Part shown: in pieces, positions 25,986-35,881 of the stretch
How positions within the stretch are numbered: position 1 is the first letter of the stretch
Layout of the letters: every line of letters starts with the position of its first letter
From: Reclinomonas americana ATCC 50394
Taxonomy: Eukaryota
Direction: 5' to 3'
DNA length: 41,230 bases
Assembly: GCA_048213135.1 (NCBI GenBank)
Contig: PS015013.1
Coordinates: 287,119-328,348 of the forward strand
Notes under the pieces: model-generated
What the model was told of the DNA's origin: nothing
Seen by the model: only the letters and a program-made list of their open reading frames with translations
Database searches by the model: none
Position numbers and translations under genes: made by a program

Positions 25986-27937
25986 TTACAGCTTGCAGTT
26001 GCCGTACGATCGCGGGAACGGGATGGCGTCGCGAATGTTGTCGAGGCCGCACACGAATTGCACGAGACGATCGAAACCCATGCCCTGCAACAGCGAATGA
26101 GAAGGCAGAGAAGGAGAAGAGCAGGGAAGCAGAGCAGCGTTCAAGTGCTCACCATGCCGCCGTGCGGAACCGATCCGTACTGCCGGAGCTGCTTGTACCA
26201 GTTGAGCTCGGCGGCCGCACTTGAATTCTTTGCCAAAGAAGTGTGAGCGCACCGGTGAGCATACACGAGGCTACCACACAACACGCACCCCGATATGTTG
26301 CTCCAGCGCGTCGAGTCGCCACTCTCTCATACTTCCACCACACAGTTCGCCGACGCGCGGCATCAGCAAGTCGAAACAGGCCACGGTTTCACCGGGAGCA
26401 TCTGTGCTGGGATTCGTCTCCATGTAAAAGGGTTTCAGCGAGCGTGGATAGTCGTAGACGACCACCTGCTCGACAATATACAGCGTGAGTGAGTGCGGCA
26501 CTCGCCGAGACTGCACTCAGCGCAGCGACGCACCGGTTGTCCGTCAAACACCACCTCGCACAGGTACCGCTCGTGTTCGCTCTTCAGGTCGTCGCCCCAC
26601 TTCTCTAGTCGATTCTTCACCTTGTGTGGCGGCGCCTGTTGCACCATGGCCACCGCATCTGTGTACGAGATGCGTGGAAACCCCTGGTGGCGGCTCACGG
26701 CCTCCAGCTGCTGCCGCAAGCCTGGCTGCATTCGCGCATCGAAAAACGAGACCTCGGCATCGCACTGCATTTTGCCAGCGACTGTGTAAGCACGGCCTCC
26801 ATGCGCACACATGTCGTCCCATCGAGCGACGCAACTTGTTGTAGCGCTGCGGCCACGCACGACTTGACGCACTGCTCGGTCATGGTGATCAGTTCCGGCA
26901 GCGTGATGAACGCGATCTCGGGCTCCACCATCCAGAATTCGGCCAGATGGCGCGGCGTGTCGGAGGGATCGGCACGGAAACACGGTCCAAACGTGTATAT
27001 CCGCGACAAACCACACGCCACCGCCTCACCCTGCGTGTGCGCGTGGTTCAGTGCCAGATCACCAGCACACGACTCGAGGAAGCGCAACGCACATGCAGCT
27101 GGCCCGACACCGTCAAGTACACCTTGTGTCGGAAGAAACGCTCTGCTTCCGGCAGCTTCTCGTCGCCTTCGGTCTTCACCACAAACGTCTCACCGGCACC
27201 TTCGCAGTCGTTGGCCGTCAACAGTGGCGTGTGCACATACAAGCACTGCTGTTGCTGGAAGAACGAATGCACAGCCATCGCCAACGCATTCCGTACACGC
27301 GCCACCGCCCCGAACGTGTTGGAGCGCACTCTCAAGTGCAGCAACTCGCGCAAGTGCTCCAACGTGTGGAACTTTTTCTGCAGCGGATACGACTGCGCCG
27401 ACGGGTATGAGAGCAGCACAAGGAAAAAAGAGTCGATCGCGAGGCCGTCGCCCACCTGCTCACACTCGCCCAACACCTGCACCTGCGACGCCGACAGCTC
27501 CACCTGCTGCGTCTTTGGGTTGCGCACGAGCTGGCCCTGCACGTCCACCGAGCAGCCGGTTTGCAACGACGGGGGCCACGCCTGTGCAGAGACGACTTGC
27601 AGGTTGGCCTGGGTGGAGCCGTCGCTCAACTCCAGGAACGACATGGTCTTCATCTGTCGAGCTGTCCGGACCCATCTGTCTCTCGTGTGAGTGAATGCAT
27701 CACACCCGCCAACACACACACAGGCACGTACCCACTGACACGTGCCTCGGTGGACGAGGGCGAGTCTGCACGCGAAGCCAGCACATCCACGATTCTACAC
27801 ACACACAATGAGCAAGTCGATGCATGCATGCATGCTCACTCTCATTCTCTCTCTCTCACACACACAGACCGCATGCGTGTTGGCTGGGCACTGGCAGTGC
27901 TCAGCAATCGCCTGGCGGTGAGCCCGAGCAGATGCAT
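25986..27937 (-). CDS. NARS2: Mitochondrial (bacterial-type) asparagine-tRNA ligase
   Basis: Presequence [112 protein letters not shown]. Confidence 0.96.
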
Positions 27938-28678
27938 CCGCTCACAAGTCGACGATGAAGAAAGTTTACATAACAAAAGGGGGGTGGGGGACAAAGTATT
28001 ATTTCTTTTGGGACCGGCATTTTTTCTTTTGGCCTGGCATTATAACTTTCCGGCCCCTGCTGCCCAAACGACCCCAACGCTCGTCCGCTTGCGTCTACCA
28101 CCAGCGCAGCCTTCGCGACACTTGAAATTTCACATCGTCGAAGCCGTACAAAAGTCGAGCTCCACGCGCGCGCGCCCCCCTCTCTATGTAAAAAGACTAG
28201 CACTTCTATGCGCGCGCCGCTATTTTTTCTCCCCAGAATGAGCTGCGCTGCGGTCGATCAGACAGATTGACTGGTGAACTTCGATCGCGATCGACACTTT
28301 GTACATGTGTCTCCCCAAAGCCAACTTGCCGACTGTCCTCGGACAGCGGGCGCTTGTAGAACCTGGTCACCTACGTAGCTGCTGCGTCAGGTCCCCCAAC
28401 ACGTTCATACTAGGCACAAAAAGGCAGCCGCTTCGAATTTGAACCACGTTTCCTGCCGTTTCAGGCACTTTACAGCGAGGCATTAATTGTTTTTCTCGAC
28501 CAGCATTATTTCTTTTTGCTTTGGAATGCCGGGCATTATTTCTTTTAAAGTATTAATACTTCGACCTACACTCCCCCACAAAAGGCGCGTACAGCAGTAT
28601 CGATGGTTTGTGTTTCTATGTCATTTGTTTGCATTACTTTTCCTTCGCACCCTCCCCCACCTCTTCCTTCCCCCCTCA

Positions 28679-31500
28679 CTACGGCCGCAGGGCAGAGTAG
28701 TATGCGGACCCGGGTTGCCGCAGTGACTGCCACCAGACGTGACCGAGCCGTCCGTACAGGNNNNNNNNNNNNNNNNNNNNNNNNNNNNNNNNNNNNNNNN
28801 NNNNNNNNNNNNNNNNNNNNNNNNNNNNNNNNNNNNNNNNNNNNNNNNNNNNNNNNATGACCGAGGTGAAGGCGCCGATGACAATGTTGATGATCAGGCC
28901 GAGGATCTTGGAGTACAGGTTCTGGTAGATGTTGAGCGAGAAGCCGTAGGTGACGAGGCCACCGACGCTGACCAGCAGCAACGTGTAGAATATGGTGGAG
29001 AGCAGTGGGACGTCGCCGAGGCCGCCGGAACCGTTGACATGCGCGCCAGGAATGCTGCTGCCGCCGCTGCCGCCGAGTCCGAGGGCTGCCGAGGAGCCAC
29101 CGCCGCCGAGACCGTTGCCGCCGTGCAGGTGGGAGCCACTGGCACTGCCGGGCGTGGCCGGCAGCAGAATACGCTCGCGCAGGGCGTGCTGGCGACCACG
29201 CAGCGCAAAACCCCACAGAGTGAACACCAGACCAAAGTAGTGGAAGACGGAGAACCACGAGAAGAAGGCGATGAGGCCGAGTAATGGCGGCGCGGCGCGC
29301 GGCACGGCCAAGAAGGCCAACACCGTGGTGACCACCAGCACAAAGAAGCAGGCAAACACCGACGAGTGCAAGTGGTTGGCGTTGTCGACCCACGACAGCG
29401 AGTGCGTGAGATACGAGGCCACCTTGCCCTTGTCGTCGGCGAAGAAGTGGCGCACACGATTCGGGCTGCGCAGCAGCGCGAACCAAGCCGCAGCAATCAG
29501 CAGCACCGCCAGGAACACCAGCGCNNNNNNNNNNNNNNNNNNNNNNNNNNNNNNNNNNNNNNNNNNNNNNNNNNNNNNNNNNNNNNNNNNNNNNNNNNNN
29601 NNNNNNNNNNNNNNNNNNNNNNNNNNNNNNNNNNNNNNNNNNNNNNNNNNNNNNNNNNNNNNNNNNNNNNNNNNNNNNNNNNNNNNNNNNNNNNNNNNNN
29701 NNNNNNNNNNNNNNNNNNNNNNNNNNNNNNNNNNNNNNNNNNNNNNNNNNNNNNNNNNNNNNNNNNNNNNNNNNNNNNNNNNNNNNNNNNNNNNNNNNNN
29801 NNNNNNNNNNNNNNNNNNNNNNNNNNNNNNNNNNNNNNNNNNNNNNNNNNNNNNNNNNNNNNNNNNNNNNNNNNNNNNNNNNNNNNNNNNNNNNNNNNNN
29901 NNNNNNNNNNNNNNNNNNNNNNNNNNNNNNNNNNNNNNNNNNNNNNNNNNNNNNNNNNNNNNNNNNNNNNNNNNNNNNNNNNNNNNNNNNNNNNNNNNNN
30001 NNNNNNNNNNNNNNNNNNNNNNNNNNNNNNNNNNNNNNNNNNNNNNNNNNNNNNNNNNNNNNNNNNNNNNNNNNNNNNNNNNNNNNNNNNNNNNNNNNNN
30101 NNNNNNNNNNNNNNNNNNNNNNNNNNNNNNNNNNNNNNNNNNNNNNNNNNNNNNNNNNNNNNNNNNNNNNNNNNNNNNNNNNNNNNNNNNNNNNNNNNNN
30201 NNNNNNNNNNNNNNNNGTAGATAATGTTGGCCGGGTGACCCTCCACATACGCTGCAAGTGTGGCGAGTGAGACACAGCCTGCTCTCCCTCTCTCTTTCCA
30301 TCCCTCTCTCCTCTCTCTTCCCACACTCACCAATGTCGGGCGGCAGCTCCGCACGCAGCGCATTCCACTGCCACGACAGGTCGAGAATCGGATACGTGTA
30401 CCACAACCACGGCTGCATGCCGGCAAGCGGCACAAAGTTGAGGAGGCGCGGTCGTGCGCAGTCCATGTCCCACTTGAAGCGCGGATAGAACAGCCAGTGC
30501 TCCACGTTGAAGTAGAGCGGCAAGCGATAGAGGTCGCTGTCGGCCGGGTGGCCCTCCTCGTTAGAGAGACCGACACGGCGCATGCGATCCTCCAGCTGCG
30601 CCAGCGACTGCGTCGGCGGCAAATCACGAATGGAGAAGTTCTCGGGAGAGCGCGGCACACTGCCAGCGCCCTCGAACAGCGGCGCCTCCGGCATGCCCAC
30701 AAAGTACTGATTGAGGAAGCGCCCGGGATCGTCGCTGGCACCCGAGTACGTGCGCAAGTGCGCATCCATGTCACGATACAGGCCCTCGTCCGGCTGCAGC
30801 ACCATCACCGCCGGGTGGAAGCTGCACGGCTGCGTCATCACCGCACACAGCCGACCGGGGCACGCAAACACATCGTCGATCGCGCCAAACGCCATAATGC
30901 CCGGCGCCAAGTACAACACTCGTCGGTACTCGGCCAGCCGCCACAGCATAAGCACGCGCGAGATGCGCTGGTACATGGGCGGGAAGTCGTCGGGGGTAGA
31001 CGAGGCGCCTGCAGCGGAGGCCGCCACTGCAGCGGCCTCAGAGGCGGCCGCACTTGCCGCCGCCGCCTCGTCGACATCCTCAATGTCAATCAGTCGTGCA
31101 TTGAAGGTGCTCGAGAGCAGCAGACCGCGCACTCGCAGCGACACGTGGCGAGTGACCAGTGCAGTGACCTCGCGTCGCGTGCCCGAGCGCAGCACCGAGT
31201 GCAGTGTCACAAACGCCGCCAACTGCATGCACGCGCGTGTGAGTGTGAGTGTGTGACACGTGTGTGTCTGTGTAATGAGAAGAGCGACGGTGGGGGCGCA
31301 ACTGCTTCGTCGTCTGAGCTGATCAGTGTGACAATGGCCTCCTCGCCTGCGCGTGCACGCGGGGTGGTGACAGACGAGGAGGAGGAGGTCTGTGTTGACG
31401 AGGGCGGCTGTGATGTTGAGGAGGCGGCATTCACTGCAGCCACGATGCACACCAGCAGGAGTGCTGCGGTGACACCCGCCGCAAGCCTCCTTGCGCGCAT
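28679..31500 (-). CDS. Glycosyltransferase family 8 protein, PGSIP7/8-like, with signal peptide and C-terminal TM helices; catalytic motifs degenerate
   Basis: EEAIVTLI, LWRLAEYRRVLYL, IDDVFACPGRLCAVMTQPCSFHPAVMVLQPD, FLNQYF, YRLPLYF, PWLWYTYPILDLSWQW, followed by 4-5 hydrophobic segments; two gaps inside. Confidence 0.82.
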
Positions 31501-32243
31501 GGGTGTGTGTGCGTGTGTGTAGTCGGTGGAAGAACGAAAATGCATAGCGNNNNNNNNNNNNNNNNNNNNNNNNNNNNNNNNNNNNNNNNNNNNNNNNNNN
31601 NNNNNNNNNNNNNNNNNNNNNNNNNNNNNNNNNNNNNNNNNNNNNNNNNNNNNNNNNNNNNNNNNNNNNNNNNNNNNNNNNNNNNNNNNNNNNNNNNNNN
31701 NNNNNNNNNNNNNNNNNNNNNNNNNNNNNNNNNNNNNNNNNNNNNNNNNNNNNNNNNNNNNNNNNNNNNNNNNNNNNNNNNNNNNNNNNNNNNNNNNNNN
31801 NNNNNNNNNNNNNNNNNNNNNNNNNNNNNNNNNNNNNNNNNNNNNNNNNNNNNNNNNNNNNNNNNNNNNNNNNNNNNNNNNNNNNNNNNNNNNNNNNNNN
31901 NNNNNNNNNNNNNNNNNNNNNNNNNNNNNNNNNNNNNNNNNNNNNNNNNNNNNNNNNNNNNNNNNNNNNNNNNNNNNNNNNNNNNNNNNNNNNNNNNNNN
32001 NNNNNNNNNNNNNNNNNNNNNNNNNNNNNNNNNNNNNNNNNNNNNNNNNNNNNNNNNNNNNNNNNNNNNNNNNNNNNNNNNNNNNNNNNNNNNNNNNNNN
32101 NNNNNNNNNNNNNNNNNNNNNNNNNNNNNNNNNNNNNNNNNNNNNNNNNNNNNNNNNNNNNNNNNNNNNNNNNNNNNNNNNNNNNNNNNNNNNNNNNNNN
32201 NNNNNNNNNNNNNNNNNNNNNNNNNNNNNNNNNNNNNNNNNNN

Positions 32244-32903
32244 NGAGGGCACGGAGAAGGCGGCGCGTCGTCGTCGTCGTCAGGAGCGTCGCGAGAATGG
32301 AGGAGACAGTGGCGCGGAGAGTGCGCACCGGCTGCTGCCTCTGCTGCTGCTGCTGCTGCTGCTGCGCCTGCGGGTGATGCGGCGGCACCGGCCAAGAAGC
32401 GCCGCAACCGCAACCGCAATCGCCGTGAGGGCGGCGAGGGCAGTGGTGCTGCTGCTGCGGGTGGCGAGTCGAGTGGCTCGGTGCATCCGCTGGCCGCGGA
32501 GGTGGCGGCGAATGCAGAGGGCGGAGCGGCGCGTCGTCGTCCGCGTCGCGAGGATGGCGCGCCGGCGGGAGAGGGCGCGGCTGATGGCGAGGGAGAGGTG
32601 CGTCTGTTCGTGTGAATGCTTCCAGTGTCTGTTGTGCTTCTCAGCAACCACGACGACGAGCAGGGTCCGCGTCGTCGTCGTCGCAACCGCAGCCCGCGCA
32701 AGGAGGGCGATGCGGGTGCTGGTGCGCCGACCAATGGCGGTGGTGCTGCTGCTGCTGCTGCGGGATCCGGTGGCGAGGGCAGTGGTGGCGAGGAGGGCGG
32801 TGCGGCCGGTCGTCGCCGCCGTCGCGGAAACCGCAACAAGAAGGAGGAAGGCGGTGCCCCGGCTGCTGCTGCCGCCACCACCACTGCAGTCACTGCGCAG
32901 TAG
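32244..32903 (+). CDS. 3' end of a Gly/Ala/Arg-rich low-complexity protein with poly-Arg clusters (N-terminus in gap)
   Basis: APAKKRRNRNRNRREGG...GPRRRRRNRSPRKEG...GRRRRRGNRNKKEEGG...TAQ*; one short intron near 32600-32644. Confidence 0.55.
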
Positions 32904-33544
32904 AAGAAGAACGCAGCGAGGAGCGGTTGTGTTGTTGTTGTTGTTTGCTGGAGCATGAGCAGGCGGCGGCACACACTGGAAGAGCCCCCGGCGAAGTCAA
33001 TGAATTCGCTANNNNNNNNNNNNNNNNNNNNNNNNNNNNNNNNNNNNNNNNNNNNNNNNNNNNNNNNNNNNNNNNNNNNNNNNNNNNNNNNNNNNNNNNN
33101 NNNNNNNNNNNNNNNNNNNNNNNNNNNNNNNNNNNNNNNNNNNNNNNNNNNNNNNNNNNNNNNNNNNNNNNNNNNNNNNNNNNNNNNNNNNNNNNNNNNN
33201 NNNNNNNNNNNNNNNNNNNNNNNNNNNNNNNNNNNNNNNNNNNNNNNNNNNNNNNNNNNNNNNNNNNNNNNNNNNNNNNNNNNNNNNNNNNNNNNNNNNN
33301 NNNNNNNNNNNNNNNNNNNNNNNNNNNNNNNNNNNNNNNNNNNNNNNNNNNNNNNNNNNNNNNNNNNNNNNNNNNNNNNNNNNNNNNNNNNNNNNNNNNN
33401 NNNNNNNNNNNNNNNNNNNNNNNNNNNNNNNNNNNNNNNNNNNNNNNNNNNNNNNNNNNNNNNNNNNNNNNNNNNNNNNNNNNNNNNNNNNNNNNNNNNN
33501 NNNNNNNNNNNNNNNNNNNTGCGGCCGGCGGCAACGGCTCCGGC

Positions 33545-34065
33545 TCACCCTATACCCTGGCATAAGCAACACACACAGAACACAGCATGCAGGCACGCAA
33601 CATTCTCGAGCAGTGAGCGGATCCAGGCCACGACTGCGCCGTACTTGGCCTCGGCGCGACGCAGCACCTCGTCAGAGAGCTGCGCAGAGTGGCCAAGCAC
33701 CCAGGCGCGCTCCAGCGTGATGCAGCGCACCCAGTCCTCGAAGCCCGTGATGCCCCAGTGCTCGAGGCTGAGAGTGGAGAGAAAAATGACCAAATTTGAA
33801 CTCTCTCTTTGTGTGTTGCATGTGCATGTTTGACGCAACGAGGTGCGAATTGCCGCCGGAGGCACACGCCACTGCGCCAGTCGGTTGGTCAACGGCGACT
33901 TGAACAGCATCAGCTCACTGCGCGCAACACATAGTCAGACACACGCATGTTTGTGTGTGTTTGTGTGTGTGTCTGCACTGACCAGAGTTCATACACGCGA
34001 GTCTGCGCGTCAAACGACGAGCTGTTGGCTGCAGAGCGGTGAGCGGCGGCAACGGAACCTTCCAT
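33545..34065 (-). CDS. Small unknown protein (~110 aa), 4 exons; 3' end uncertain
   Basis: In-frame splicing gives MEGSV...RVYELCELMLFKSPLTNRLAQW...TSLEHWGITGFEDWVRC...WIRSLLENGIG*. Confidence 0.55.
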
Positions 34066-34230
34066 GATGAGAGTGAGTGAGGGTGAAAACGTGGGGAGAA
34101 TGCAAAGAAAAAGCTGTGTAAAATTCGTTCGCGAGTTGTGCACGTGTGTTTCTCCGCGCAAGTGCGTGTGTGTGCGCGTTGCTCTCCCTGTCTCTCCCCC
34201 TGTCTGTCTCTTTGTGAGTGCGTGCACATA

Positions 34231-35776
34231 ATGGCAGCTCCGCGTCGTGCATCGGTGAGTGACTTTCATTGTCTCTTTATCTCTCTTACTTCGCCGCTCA
34301 GAACGCTGCAAGTGTGTGAGTGAGTGTGAGTNNNNNNNNNNNNNNNNNNNNNNNNNNNNNNNNNNNNNNNNNNNNNNNNNNNNNNNNNNNNNNNNNNNNN
34401 NNNNNNNNNNNNNNNNNNNNNNNNNNNNNNNNNNNNNNNNNNNNNNNNNNNNNNNNNNNNNNNNNNNNNNNNNNNNNNNNNNNNNNNNNNNNNNNNNNNN
34501 NNNNNNNNNNNNNNNNNNNNNNNNNNNNNNNNNNNNNNNNNNNNNNNNNNNNNNNNNNNNNNNNNNNNNNNNNNNNNNNNNNNNNNNNNNNNNNNNNNNN
34601 NNNNNNNNNNNNNNNNNNNNNNNNNNNNNNNNNNNNNNNNNNNNNNNNNNNNNNNNNNNNNNNNNNNNNNNNNNNNNNNNNNNNNNNNNNNNNNNNNNNN
34701 NNNNNNNNNNNNNNNNNNNNNNNNNNNNNNNNNNNNNNNNNNNNNNNNNNNNNNNNNNNNNNNNNNNNNNNNNNNNNNNNNNNNNNNNNNNNNNNNNNNN
34801 NNNNNNNNNNNNNNNNNNNNNNNNNNNNNNNNNNNNNNNNNNNNNNNNNNNNNNNNNNNNNNNNNNNNNNNNNNNNNNNNNNNNNNNNNNNNNNNNNNNN
34901 NNNNNNNNNNNNNNNNNNNCGGCTGACGACGAGAACGACGACATGGGAATGTCCGCAGGTGCTGTTCGGGTCAATCCTGCCAGCAGTACCATGTACTTTG
35001 GTTTCATCATTGACATTGCGTGCGCAGACGCCATGCAAGCAATCTCCACACCCGGTCAGGCATTGTATGCGCCACGGAGTAGCGTCGCGGCAGCCTCGGC
35101 TGCTGCCGGCGCCGCCCCGGCATCGGCTGTCCCTTATTCTGCCGCCGCCGGCATGTCGTCATCGACGACCACAACAACGACCACCACGCCGGGTTACCTT
35201 GGCGCACCCCCATCGGCGCCACCACGACCTGGGCGCGCGGATCACCCAGCGTCGCGTCTGTTGACGTCGACCACGGCAAGAATGGCGGAGACCGCCACTG
35301 ACGATTACGATGAGGCGGGATTGGACGGAGAGCCAGGCGGACCGGGAAGCGCCTCACTGCAAGTGCGGCGACAGGAGTTTGATCGAACCGTGTTTATGAC
35401 GGCGCAGGCGCTGGAGGAGGAGCGGTTGCGCGAGCTGCAGGCGCTGGAGGCCGATATTGAGGATCTGGCCGAGCTGTTTGAGGTGCATGCGCTACCTCGC
35501 GCGCCATCGTTTTACAATGCACTCACTCGTAGTGCGTGCTGCAGGACTTCAATGCGGAAGTGTACGCACAAGCCAAGGACATTGAGACGCTGTCGGATAA
35601 CATCCAACGCGTGGACGACTACACAAATCAGGGCTTCCAGGCCGTGCTGCAAGTTTCGTGCGATTGTGGGTCCTCCCTCTTTTCCCACCCCTTCGCGTGT
35701 CTAACACCCCTTGTCTGTGCAGGCTCGAAAGCATCAGATTTCGGCACGCAAAAAGATGATGTGCTCGGTGATGTAG
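34231..35776 (+). CDS. Syntaxin-like (Qa) t-SNARE with a CaaX tail and no TM helix; N-terminal part lies in a gap
   Basis: EERLRELQALEADIEDLAELFEDFNAEVYAQAKDIETLSDNIQRVDDYTNQGFQAVLQARKHQISARKKMMCSVM*; 0-layer Gln in 'YAQ'. Start at 34231 is tentative. Confidence 0.85.
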
Positions 35777-35881
35777 CTAGTGGCGTAATGAACTGTGATT
35801 GGCTGTTTTTTTGTGATTGCCTGCATGCCATCATCGTTCATCAACAAGGGCGGTTCATTATTGCAAAAAACAAAAACACTA

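Noticed and set aside
28190-28250. U3-like (AAGACTA...) or RNase MRP-like (GCTCATTCT on the minus strand) fragments
   Set aside because: Matches are too short; box A/B/C/D and the P4 partner strand were not found.
32300-32340. Apparent frame switch in the Arg/Gly-rich gene
   Set aside because: Low-complexity sequence next to a gap with both frames open; could be a sequencing error, and there is no evidence for programmed frameshifting.
28679-32974. 1431-aa ORF and other very long ORFs
   Set aside because: Artefacts of reading through N-gaps; they fuse the GT8 gene with the antisense of a different gene.
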